Positions 26,497-34,670 of a stretch of DNA of 56,027 bases are shown here, one piece after another. The position numbers and the translations under genes are program-made. A model generated the notes under the pieces. That model saw only the letters and a program-made list of their open reading frames with translations, had not been told where the DNA came from and searched no databases. The stretch comes from a virus. Its lineage: Duplodnaviria > Caudoviricetes. Each line of letters begins with the position of its first letter. Within the stretch, counting starts at the first letter, position 1. The stretch is taken from IMG/VR virus record IMGVR_UViG_3300025154_001007, positions 1 through 56,027 of that record; one strand, 5' to 3'.

Positions 26497-26753
26497 CAGT
26501 TCACCCCCCTAATTTCATCAGCAAGAGCCGTGAGGCGGTCCAGGACCGTTTTTCCCGCTACCCCCCTTGCCAGTGCCTTGATGCGGTCAAGATATCGCTC
26601 CAGCGGGGCTACCGCTTCTTCGAGATCCTCATGCGTCACCTTCGTGAATTCACATACCGGATTATGACACACCCTCACCCTGCGGGTCATGGTTGGGGTG
26701 GTGTCTGCTGAGTGGATTATGTAAAGCCTTGAGCCGCATTTGGGGCATTTCAT
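26496..26753 (-). CDS. Ogr/NrdR-N-like zinc-ribbon protein
   Basis: MKCPKCGS....HS......RRVRVC.NP.C.F...THE. Confidence 0.7.
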   Translation of the reverse strand: MKCPKCGSRLYIIHSADTTPTMTRRVRVCHNPVCEFTKVTHEDLEEAVAPLERYLDRIKALARGVAGKTVLDRLTALADEIRGVN

Positions 26754-26755
26754 TG

Positions 26756-27181
26756 TCAGTCTCCGTAGAGAATCTTTATGATTGCAATAGCTGCGTCCGA
26801 CCCTTTGCACACCGACGTGAACCATCCGTGCTTTGATAGCTTTTCAAGCCACTCCCCTTGTTCTTCGGAAAGCTGCCCGCCTGCACGGCGCTTTAATTCG
26901 ATGGCAGTACCGACAAAACGGCCACCAGGCGGCGGGGTGACAATGATAATATCAGGAACCCCTCTCTTGCATCCTTGTGCCTTCAGCTTGCCGCCTTCTG
27001 CCGCGTGGCGGGCGCCTCCGTTCGGAGGGTGGAACCAATCGATGTCCCGGCGCATGTCGAGGTATTGAGCCACGGCGCGTTGTTCGTCTTCTTCTGTCCT
27101 GCATGTCGGTGCGGCGCGTTTCTTTTTGCGGCCAGATGGTAAACTTTCAATCGCGTCAAGTGCGTCGGTGAGTCGGATCAT
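26756..27181 (-). CDS. VRR-NUC domain nuclease
   Basis: EEDEQ, FHPPNGG, GVPDI, IELKR, LSEEQ..W. Confidence 0.9.
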   Translation of the reverse strand: MIRLTDALDAIESLPSGRKKKRAAPTCRTEEDEQRAVAQYLDMRRDIDWFHPPNGGARHAAEGGKLKAQGCKRGVPDIIIVTPPPGGRFVGTAIELKRRAGGQLSEEQGEWLEKLSKHGWFTSVCKGSDAAIAIIKILYGD

Positions 27182-27257
27182 GGGGGCTTTCCTTTTTGGG
27201 GTCGGTTTTGGGGTCTCCGCGGCCCCCGGCGAACCAGGGGCGGCACGGTTTAGTCTA

Positions 27258-27683
27258 CTATGCGCTGATCTTGTACCGTTCGATGCTTGCGATGACCTGA
27301 TCTTGATCTTTTTTTAGAGTGTTGATAGCGTCTTGCAGTTCTGATGCCATGCGTAGTTTGCCGGCTGTGTCTTCGGTGTCCAGGTAAAGGTTCGCTGCCC
27401 TTTCTTTTCCGCGATTGCCATTGGCGTCCACCGTCCACGCCTCATTATCGTCGGCATGCGAGGTTACCTCCGCCTTGACCAGACTTCTACCATAACGATC
27501 TGACTTAATGACCGCTACACGCCTAAAATCTTTGCGTTCGATCCCATCGATTTTTTTGCACATCTTATCGAGCGTGTCGGACTTGATTGTTGATTCGCCA
27601 ACCTTGGCCGAATACCAACTACTGAACTCTGGATTATGCTCGATCTCATACCCCTTGTAAGTTCCTTTAAGCGTCGGTGTCAT
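27258..27683 (-). CDS. Hypothetical protein
   Basis: GGAGGG RBS; ORF track. Confidence 0.65.
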   Translation of the reverse strand: MTPTLKGTYKGYEIEHNPEFSSWYSAKVGESTIKSDTLDKMCKKIDGIERKDFRRVAVIKSDRYGRSLVKAEVTSHADDNEAWTVDANGNRGKERAANLYLDTEDTAGKLRMASELQDAINTLKKDQDQVIASIERYKISA

Positions 27684-27727
27684 TGGTTCCCTCCCTGTTA
27701 TCATCTCACTTTGTATGGCCGACTCAC

Positions 27728-27910
27728 TTAATCCAGCATCCTCTCAGTCTTGAACCCCGGGCAGCACCGCGCATATTCCGGCCAGCACAGGAACGCGCTC
27801 GGGGCGTGGCAGGAAAAATCCTCGGGGAACCTGGGCTTCTTTCTGGGCCGGTCAAGGTTCAGGATCTGCTGTTTCGTTTGGCACTGGCGGCAGTCTTGTT
27901 TTTCTGGCAT
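27728..27910 (-). CDS. Small Cys-rich protein
   Basis: GGAGG RBS; CRQC...C...C...CC. Confidence 0.5.
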   Translation of the reverse strand: MPEKQDCRQCQTKQQILNLDRPRKKPRFPEDFSCHAPSAFLCWPEYARCCPGFKTERMLD

Positions 27911-28053
27911 TGGGGCCTCCTTGTGCGACTGTTTAGCATGAACCGAAGTCTCACGTTTTCAACCGCAACTTCGGCAAGCAGCGCTATGATGTCGGCCTTT
28001 TTCATCTGTGTGATTTCCTTTTTCCAATCGTCTCCGAACGGTTCGTAGTCCAT
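27859..28053 (-). CDS. Hypothetical protein
   Basis: AGGAGG RBS; YEPFGDDWKKE...KK.DII. Confidence 0.6.
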   Translation of the reverse strand: MDYEPFGDDWKKEITQMKKADIIALLAEVAVENVRLRFMLNSRTRRPQCQKNKTAASAKRNSRS

Positions 28054-28071
28054 TGTGCCTCCTATTCGTCG

Positions 28072-28311
28072 CTAACAAACCCCAACCGACCCCGGCTGGA
28101 TGTATGCACGGTAAACTCCTCCGCCCATTTCTGCGAAGTTGACTGTCTGAATGGTTCCATTCAGGATCATTTTGCCCTGGTCGCTTCCAACCATGAAGTC
28201 CCTGCGTACCCTGGAAGATACCAGTACACCGCGATGCTGCGCCTCTTTTACAGCTCTTAGGTCCATGAAAAATTGCTTTAGTTGATCGGCTGATTTGATT
28301 AGTTGCTCCAT
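28072..28311 (-). CDS. Hypothetical protein
   Basis: GGAGG RBS; 79 aa. Confidence 0.6.
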   Translation of the reverse strand: MEQLIKSADQLKQFFMDLRAVKEAQHRGVLVSSRVRRDFMVGSDQGKMILNGTIQTVNFAEMGGGVYRAYIQPGSVGVC

Positions 28312-28321
28312 GTTGACCTCC

Positions 28322-29107
28322 CTATTCCGCCATAGGTATTTCGTTCAGGTAATTTTCGAAGTTTTCCTCAGAAAAAAGGGTTTTTGGCCGAAGGTAGATC
28401 GCCATATCCCTTCCATCTGACGCTTTTTTATCAATCCATTGTCTGGTTTTATGTTCAATCACACACTTGAAATCTTCGAGCGTATAACCCTGGTTCCATC
28501 TGCCAGAAATATGTTTTTGATGCGTCTTTGAAGTCCACCTGAAATCTTTATTCGCGACCTCATTGAGGTGGCCGATGATCTCCTTGAAGGGGATGTTTTT
28601 CGCCCCATCAACTTTTGAAGGTATGTTTAGTTTAGGAGAAGGAGAAGGAGAAGGAGAAGGGGCATTGCGGTCTTGATGCGCCTCCGATGCGGGCGCATAT
28701 GCGTCAGCAATGCGTCCGCATTTTTCATTGTCCTTACTGACGTTTAGCTTCTTGTCCCATCGTGAAAACGCGGCCTTTTTAGCGGCTTCTGACCTTGATT
28801 TTGCCCCACATGCCCACCCTTGATGCTCATCCCAATCGTGCAACTTGTACGTTCCTTCATCCATCAAATCAAGAAATCCACACTGGCGCAATGCGTCCGC
28901 ATATGCGTCCGCATTGCCCTCGCATCCTGATGCTATAGCAATGTCAGTTGCATCCCACCCGGTCAACACTCCATCCGGCCTGTCTTGGGCTACGGTGAGC
29001 CACAAATCGATAAGATAATCCGTTGAACCAGGGCCGAGTATCATCTTAAGCCTTTTGCGCTTTCGATGCCCTTTGAAGGATACAAGAAGCCGAATGTCGG
29101 TGTTCAT
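28322..29107 (-). CDS. Phage replication initiator with conserved phage C-terminal domain
   Basis: Winged-helix-like N-terminus, LHDWDEHQ, SP linker, GYTLEDFK.VI, YLRPKTLF..NFENYLN. Confidence 0.85.
   Translation of the reverse strand: MNTDIRLLVSFKGHRKRKRLKMILGPGSTDYLIDLWLTVAQDRPDGVLTGWDATDIAIASGCEGNADAYADALRQCGFLDLMDEGTYKLHDWDEHQGWACGAKSRSEAAKKAAFSRWDKKLNVSKDNEKCGRIADAYAPASEAHQDRNAPSPSPSPSPKLNIPSKVDGAKNIPFKEIIGHLNEVANKDFRWTSKTHQKHISGRWNQGYTLEDFKCVIEHKTRQWIDKKASDGRDMAIYLRPKTLFSEENFENYLNEIPMAE
28687..28914. repeat. Iteron-like ATGCG-NN-CGCAT repeats (candidate origin)
   Basis: Copies at 28687, 28699 (degenerate), 28710, 28891 and 28903 inside the initiator gene. Confidence 0.6.
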
Positions 29108-29301
29108 CTTTTCGTGTGCCTTCTGTGGTTGCTCTGGTTTGCTGGCGGTCCTGGCTCAAGTCCATTCTCAACCATCGGTAAATAGTGATCTATGGCCCAC
29201 CTAACCAACATCGACATAGGAATGCCTGTCTTTTGGCTTAATTCTTTGAGCCGACGCTTCTTGCTTGGATGGATTTTTAACAAGTATGTTTCGTATTTCA
29301 T
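29104..29301 (-). CDS. Ribbon-helix-helix regulator
   Basis: LKELSQKTGIPMSMLVRWAIDHYL; AAGGAG RBS; TTGACA overlapping the dnaB stop. Confidence 0.8.
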   Translation of the reverse strand: MKYETYLLKIHPSKKRRLKELSQKTGIPMSMLVRWAIDHYLPMVENGLEPGPPANQSNHRRHTKR

Positions 29302-29359
29302 ACCTAATTAACTCCTTTAACGTGTATATATTCCGTATATCTTTTATATATACTCGATG

Positions 29360-30709
29360 TCAAGGGGTATCGTCGGCTTTTCTGCGCCTTCTTACCGGAG
29401 GCTGAACAGGGTTATATTCCGTTGCGTTTGGCCCAATGAAAAAGCAGCTCGGATCAAGTTCAAGAACCCACTTTGAACCGGGTGCTCCCTTCCGGTTTTT
29501 GAGGATCTTTGCGATCAGGTTGTCATCCTCTTTCCAGAGCCCAAGCATGAAGTCGGCGGCCTCTTCAATGGCACCAGACCCGCGGCCCATTTGGATATTG
29601 ACCTCGACCGATCCGTCTTCACCCGAACGATTGATCTGAGACAAAACGACAACCGGGATATTCAAAAATTTAGCAAGGTCTTTGCTTCCCCTAGCGATCT
29701 CTGAAACCTTGTCATACTCTGATTTCCCGGCTTGGCTGACAAGGCCCATATAGTCCACTCCGATCAGCCCAATATGGACCTTGTAGCGATCTTCGATGAG
29801 ACGGACATATCTTTCCATGTCCGAAAGGCTGCATTTGGTAGGGACCACATAGAAGCGTTTGAGTTGCTGCTTGAACTTTGTCTCTATGGGGTCGATGCAC
29901 TCTGTCAGATTGTGGGAATAAAAGTCCTCGATTTCTTTCCCGCTGGCCCTGTCGAAGTTTTGCAAAAAGCGTTCTGCGATGTTGGGAACCGGCATTTCAA
30001 GTGAAAAAAATACAGCGCCCCATGACGAGGCGTTGACATAATTGCGCATGAGGTTTTGGAGTAGGGCGGTTTTGTAGGCGCCGGCCCTGGCGATGATAAA
30101 CAGCGTTTCACCGCCCCCTACCCCACGGATGCGCTTATCGATTTCATGGATGCCTGTCAAAAAGCGGTTGTTCTTCATGCCGGCTACATAGGCCCGGTAT
30201 TCCTCAAGCATCTTGTCGGCTGGGTAGACGTTGGAGATATCGACTGCCCTTTTCCGGTCGATTGCCGGCAGGTCGGAAGCGGTCACGATCTGCTTTGATC
30301 TCTCGTAAATGTCTCCTATTTCCTCGTCCTGATAACAGGAAATAGCAAGCTCCGCGCACCGCTGAATCATTCGACGCTTTGCCGATTTGTCCTTGAGCAC
30401 CTTGCAATAGTGGTCAAGGTTAATAGCCATCGGTACGTTATTCATGATTCCGGCGATGTACGAGGCCCCACCGCAAGCGTCGAGATCGTTGGTCGATCTC
30501 AGAACATCCACGACGCTCAGAACGTCAACCGGGGCCATGCGCTTGGAAAGTGATTCTATGGCCTGATAAATCTTTTGATGGCTCGTTGTGTAGAAATCCG
30601 ATGGCGATAGGATGCCGACAACTGACGTTGATTCACCTTGTAGGCAAGCCGATAAAACTTCTTGCTCGATCTCGGTTGAGTGTGGCGGGATTCGGTTTTG
30701 TGGCTGCAT
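29360..30709 (-). CDS. dnaB: Replicative DNA helicase, DnaB-like
   Basis: PPHS.EIEQ, IIARAGAYKT (variant Walker A), FFSLEM, VDYMGL, LSQINR, SGAIEEAAD, KNRKG. Confidence 0.95.
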   Translation of the reverse strand: MQPQNRIPPHSTEIEQEVLSACLQGESTSVVGILSPSDFYTTSHQKIYQAIESLSKRMAPVDVLSVVDVLRSTNDLDACGGASYIAGIMNNVPMAINLDHYCKVLKDKSAKRRMIQRCAELAISCYQDEEIGDIYERSKQIVTASDLPAIDRKRAVDISNVYPADKMLEEYRAYVAGMKNNRFLTGIHEIDKRIRGVGGGETLFIIARAGAYKTALLQNLMRNYVNASSWGAVFFSLEMPVPNIAERFLQNFDRASGKEIEDFYSHNLTECIDPIETKFKQQLKRFYVVPTKCSLSDMERYVRLIEDRYKVHIGLIGVDYMGLVSQAGKSEYDKVSEIARGSKDLAKFLNIPVVVLSQINRSGEDGSVEVNIQMGRGSGAIEEAADFMLGLWKEDDNLIAKILKNRKGAPGSKWVLELDPSCFFIGPNATEYNPVQPPVRRRRKADDTP

Positions 30710-30712
30710 GGC

Positions 30713-30847
30713 TCAATACCCTATCCGGTCGCAAAGAGCGCGGATTGCGGCCTCGTATTCTCGCGGGGTAAAGCCGATGTTTTGCAGTTTATTTTTTTCT
30801 GATTCGTAAAGCGCCCATTTCTCGCGTTCTGTGAGTTTCTTGCCCAT
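30713..30847 (-). CDS. 44-aa protein upstream of dnaB (not in ORF track)
   Basis: GAGGTG RBS; MGKKLTEREKWALYESEKNKLQNIGFTPREYEAAIRALCDRIGY. Confidence 0.65.
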   Translation of the reverse strand: MGKKLTEREKWALYESEKNKLQNIGFTPREYEAAIRALCDRIGY

Positions 30848-30861
30848 TATAGACACCTCAT

Positions 30862-30983
30862 AAAAAAAGAAATCGCCCGACTGTACGCGCTGCTACGGCA
30901 CGATCCAGAGGAAAAGGAGGGTGACACGCATACAATCGGGCGAAAATTGGCATTAGAATTTCCTCTACATCAGTACCGCAGCA
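30862..30983 (-). ncRNA. Structured leader with interleaved helices and a U tract (attenuator-like)
   Basis: A 30959-30983 pairs with A' 30891-30914; B 30927-30943 pairs with B' 30873-30889; G-U pairs work only on the - strand. Confidence 0.65.
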
Positions 30984-30988
30984 CCTCA

Positions 30989-31017
30989 ACTATCGCACGC
31001 AATGAACTTAAAGTCAA
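30989..31017 (-). promoter_or_regulatory. Sigma70-like promoter of the helicase operon
   Basis: TTGACT-N17-GATAGT. Confidence 0.6.
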
Positions 31018-31032
31018 TAGTTTGCCGCACGA

Positions 31033-31191
31033 TTAAACTCTCCCCACGATCTCCAAGGCCCGCCGCCTCAATGCCCCCTGGACCTCGTTATAGATTGCCC
31101 GGTACTCTTCGCTGTTACGGTATTTTCTCCGTAGCCTACGGGATTCTTTGCTTAGTCTTTGGAGGCGCTTTTTGGTTTCAAATTCAATCAC
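31033..31191 (-). CDS. 52-aa basic hypothetical protein (not in ORF track)
   Basis: GTG start overlapping the upstream stop; fills the gap. Confidence 0.4.
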   Translation of the reverse strand: MIEFETKKRLQRLSKESRRLRRKYRNSEEYRAIYNEVQGALRRRALEIVGRV

Positions 31192-31441
31192 ATTTGCGCT
31201 CATATTTTCCTATCCCCATCAACACCCTGACGGCCATTGCTCCGGCTTGGGCGGCTTCTTTTTCGATTTCATCCTGGTTGCCACCTGACCAATAAAACTC
31301 ATTGATTGCCTTGACTGTCTCGCCTGCTTCTTCTGCGAATACCGATCCGGCATGAACTGGGTCGGTCCCCCATGTCGGAAACTTTGATTCTGCATTGTCA
31401 AGGGCATCTATAATTAGGGCTATCGCTTGGTATCTATCCAT
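31184..31441 (-). CDS. MazG-like nucleotide pyrophosphohydrolase
   Basis: EEAGE.VKA...E..Q.GAMA.R all-alpha NTP-PPase pattern. Confidence 0.7.
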   Translation of the reverse strand: MDRYQAIALIIDALDNAESKFPTWGTDPVHAGSVFAEEAGETVKAINEFYWSGGNQDEIEKEAAQAGAMAVRVLMGIGKYERKCD

Positions 31442-31451
31442 TAAACACCTC

Positions 31452-33650
31452 TTAAAGCCTACCTATGGGCGGGTAAAGTTCTCTGATTTTGCCCATATCT
31501 CCCTTGTATGCCACGATGATTTTTTGCTCTCTCTTCGGAAATTTTCGATAGTTAAGTGTAACCTTTGCATGAGATAAGCGGGTAAACTCGCACTCAAGAT
31601 AAACAATCTTGTTGTAGATATGTAACCCCTCGCCCTTGATGAAAAGCTCGTGCTCTGCTTCGCAACCGTAATAAGCCCCGTTTTTGTCTCTTGAGTCGCC
31701 TGTCATGACAACGAAGAAGCAGTTTTCATTAAGGGCGCTGATAGCTTTTCTGTACCCCGTAAAAAGCGTATCCCTGAACTGCTCGTATGTAGGTAGAGAA
31801 TTTATTTCACCCTCTGGCGGGTTCCCGTCGTAATCAACGTACTTTTCAACCCGATAGTAGGGCGGGCATGTAAATATTAAATCAAAGTTTCCATCTGGAG
31901 TGTACCGTGAGCTATCACTTCTAACCCAGGTAGCTTTTCCAGACAATCCATCGCACAGTGCATTGTTTGCATCGCATTGGTTTTGTCGTATCTCGCTTGC
32001 GATGTATTCATAACCATAACTCGCAGTTATGAAACCGAACTGAACGCCACCACCGAAAGGGTTGTAAACCCGCTTACCATTGGTTGGCATGAAAAACCTA
32101 AGAACAACTTCACAGGCTACCGGGTCTAAAACAGAAGCGTTAGCGTTGAAAGATTTGCCTTTTTTGTGCTTAACTTCTCCGTCTTCGATAACTTGTTTTG
32201 CAAGGACCACGTTTGACATTCCATTGGTGCCTTGCCAGCAGCCACCTCTTGAGGCGCACTTAGGGTTTTTAATATTGTGTCTTTCTCCCGCTGCCTCTAT
32301 CTTTTCGTTCCATTCTCGCTTCATTTTAAGCCAGTCTGAGCGAGTTGTTGTCCAGGCGTTGGTCATAGTGGCATGGGCAAGGCGCTTCATCCTAATTTGC
32401 TCCTGGGTGCCATAAACCATGTATTCAAATCCGCTAAGGGTGAGGTATGTGAAAAACCCCAAAGCCTTATAAACTGACGGACATTCAAGATCGTGTTTGG
32501 TACTGACGGTCATTATCATGGGGTAGCCAAAGGTGTTTTGCTTTATGATCTCCTTAACCATATTACCATATATAGCCTTGTCTTTCTTGTCCAAACTCAT
32601 GGCCGATTGAAGCAGGCAAAACTCATTAGCCTCATGGTTCAATTGATAAGTAAAGAATCCAGAAAAAACGCCATCTATTTTCAAAATAATAGCTGAATGT
32701 ATTTGCATATTCTTTCTTGCGGCCCGGTACGCCACACCGTCAAGAATAGCCAACTCAGCAACGTCTTTTTCATACCCTGACCCCATGACTGAATCGACTT
32801 GAACGAATTCTATTTTTTGTTCAAACACACTGAGTTGTTGAGGCATTTTTCTTAATCTCCCGTTTTGTTTTATTGCGTATCCCCACGGTACCCCGCACTG
32901 GTCTGGACAGTGCTTACACTCCCCCAGGAAAACATTATCGCTATGGATTGAAACAATCTGATTTCCAATTATGTTATCAACTGTTTTTGTTATCCCGATA
33001 TGGCCGTTTGTAAATAATGGCCCGTTAAGCCGTGGCCGTAAGGGGTTGTCTATTATTTTGAACGGCAAACTTAACAGGTAGCTTTGAAAATTGGCGCATT
33101 GCTTTGCGTATTCAGTGGTTAAAAAATTACACGTAACTATCCTTAGGACGCTTTTAATTCCCACCTTTTTAATTCTATCGGACTGCTCAAGCCGTTCTTC
33201 TATTTCTTCTTCGGTGTCAAGCGGGCTTACTGATGTGTTTATAACTGCATTGACTTTTTTAAGTCTTTCGGCCTGCCCATCTGACATTTTAAACCAGTGC
33301 TTGGTTACTATAACCGGAACCTTTAGGGTGTCCTCTAATTGCTCGCAAACCGTTACAGTGTGCTCCCAATCGTGCGATGGATCTCCGCTTACGCCTACCC
33401 TGTACCACGACAATTTGTGGCCCTTAACGGTCTTAAAAACATCTCCAAACGTGTCCTTGCCTATTTTCCGCGTAACGCTTTTTGAGAAGTCAAACCCACG
33501 CGCTTTTGCTATCTTGAAAGCGTAGCACTCTCCATAACAGCCACCGTTGGGATACCTTGAAACGCCGCAAGCACACCCCTTAACGGTATCGACGTCAAGG
33601 ACGCCCTTTAGGTTTTCTGATGCTGTCAAAATTGGTAGGTATTCAGGCAT
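31452..33650 (-). CDS. Fusion: atypical radical-SAM-like + GNAT-like + amino-type DNA methyltransferase
   Basis: GC...GGCYGECYA and RVGVSGDPS; GFFTY...FCLLQSA...YKALGF; YNPFGGG and FTCPPY. Confidence 0.75.
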   Translation of the reverse strand: MPEYLPILTASENLKGVLDVDTVKGCACGVSRYPNGGCYGECYAFKIAKARGFDFSKSVTRKIGKDTFGDVFKTVKGHKLSWYRVGVSGDPSHDWEHTVTVCEQLEDTLKVPVIVTKHWFKMSDGQAERLKKVNAVINTSVSPLDTEEEIEERLEQSDRIKKVGIKSVLRIVTCNFLTTEYAKQCANFQSYLLSLPFKIIDNPLRPRLNGPLFTNGHIGITKTVDNIIGNQIVSIHSDNVFLGECKHCPDQCGVPWGYAIKQNGRLRKMPQQLSVFEQKIEFVQVDSVMGSGYEKDVAELAILDGVAYRAARKNMQIHSAIILKIDGVFSGFFTYQLNHEANEFCLLQSAMSLDKKDKAIYGNMVKEIIKQNTFGYPMIMTVSTKHDLECPSVYKALGFFTYLTLSGFEYMVYGTQEQIRMKRLAHATMTNAWTTTRSDWLKMKREWNEKIEAAGERHNIKNPKCASRGGCWQGTNGMSNVVLAKQVIEDGEVKHKKGKSFNANASVLDPVACEVVLRFFMPTNGKRVYNPFGGGVQFGFITASYGYEYIASEIRQNQCDANNALCDGLSGKATWVRSDSSRYTPDGNFDLIFTCPPYYRVEKYVDYDGNPPEGEINSLPTYEQFRDTLFTGYRKAISALNENCFFVVMTGDSRDKNGAYYGCEAEHELFIKGEGLHIYNKIVYLECEFTRLSHAKVTLNYRKFPKREQKIIVAYKGDMGKIRELYPPIGRL

Positions 33651-33833
33651 CTACTTTTCCGTTAATTTGCGGCACACCTGGTATCCCATAGCGCAAACAT
33701 GGCTATCGGCGTGGGCTATGTACTTGTAATCTGACATTTCGTCGCACATTAAAAAGCGTGCTGGTGTCCAGTATTCTTCGTCTATGTCGCGCACCTGCAC
33801 TCGGTCGCCTAATTTAAATTCGCACATATTCAC
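33651..33833 (-). CDS. SH3-like small protein, paralog of 34274..34648
   Basis: EFK.GDRV.VRD.D...W....F......YKYI. Confidence 0.6.
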   Translation of the reverse strand: MNMCEFKLGDRVQVRDIDEEYWTPARFLMCDEMSDYKYIAHADSHVCAMGYQVCRKLTEK

Positions 33834-33846
33834 CCCCTGAAAGAAC

Positions 33847-33922
33847 TGAGCGGCCCCGGGTCAGCGTCCGGTCCAGGGAAAACCGGAAACACTCCAGGCA
33901 CTAAATGCCTGGTGGCCGCTCA
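33847..33922 (-). ncRNA. C4/CI-like antisense RNA candidate (three-way junction)
   Basis: TGAGCGGCC/GGCCGCTCA closing stem; CCAGGCA/TGCCTGG and TCCGGT/ACCGGA hairpins; loop TTTCCCTG complementary to upstream CAGGGAAA. Confidence 0.6.
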
Positions 33923-33997
33923 AGATTAAAATTGATTGATTCATTGGATTTCCCTGTTAAGAAGTGGCGGTCAAGGTTCCCAACCTCAACCGCCTTA

Positions 33998-34027
33998 ACC
34001 ATATCTAAAGCGTTGCGGGAATGTCAA
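33998..34027 (-). promoter_or_regulatory. Sigma70-like promoter upstream of the structured RNA
   Basis: TTGACA-N18-TATGGT, then a hairpin at 33966-33994. Confidence 0.55.
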
Positions 34028-34042
34028 CACATAAATTTAAAA

Positions 34043-34258
34043 TCAAGTTCCCATGCAAAATTTTTTCACGGCCCGCTCCTGGTGATCGGCCCGCACAGTC
34101 TCAGATTCAAGCGGGTGATCGGCGTCCAAGCGCTCGGTGATCTTCCGGGCGCAGGATACCGAACCAGTCGCGGCACATTCCAGCTCCCGCGAACGATACA
34201 GGTAAACACAGGTGTACGGGGTCCGCGATCCGCAGAACACTTTCCGATGGAATGACAT
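34043..34258 (-). CDS. Hypothetical protein
   Basis: GAAAGGA RBS; 71 aa. Confidence 0.4.
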   Translation of the reverse strand: MSFHRKVFCGSRTPYTCVYLYRSRELECAATGSVSCARKITERLDADHPLESETVRADHQERAVKKFCMGT

Positions 34259-34273
34259 GGCCGGTTCCTTTCG

Positions 34274-34648
34274 CTAAAATTGCTCAACGGGGGCTGAATA
34301 GTCGTAGTTTTTTAGCAGGGCGTAGCCACTCCAGCAAGACACATGAAGGCTCTCAAGACACCCACTATCGAAACAACCACATAGGCCGTCTTCGGTCCAA
34401 TAACTGAAAATTCTGATACGCTTATCACTCATAACATCGGTCACCGTCCACACCACGATAGGCTGCCCAGGCTTCATGTCTGGGCGGGCGTGGCGGCAAT
34501 ACTTGTGTCCTACCGCGCATTCAGAATCAACGTAGCGCGTAATATATTTATACTTCGTGTTGTCATGAACAATAAATATTGCCTGAATCCATCCAACGTC
34601 GTCGCGGTCACGTACTTCCACCCGATCCCCATACTTGAACTCTTCCAT
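34274..34648 (-). CDS. Hypothetical protein, paralog of 33651..33833
   Basis: GGAGG RBS; shared N-terminal motif. Confidence 0.65.
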   Translation of the reverse strand: MEEFKYGDRVEVRDRDDVGWIQAIFIVHDNTKYKYITRYVDSECAVGHKYCRHARPDMKPGQPIVVWTVTDVMSDKRIRIFSYWTEDGLCGCFDSGCLESLHVSCWSGYALLKNYDYSAPVEQF

Positions 34649-34670
34649 GACAACCTCCCCTTATTTCCGT

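Noticed and set aside
28060-28110. Integron attC site at GCTAAC
   Set aside because: No matching complementary box or extended imperfect palindrome, and no integron integrase.
28634-28660. AGGAGA hexamer tandem repeat as a contingency locus
   Set aside because: It encodes the Ser-Pro linker common in phage initiators, and unit changes keep the frame.
30060-30100. DnaB Walker A variant ARAGAYKT as an inactive helicase
   Set aside because: The catalytic KT and all other helicase motifs are present; a single substitution is not enough evidence.
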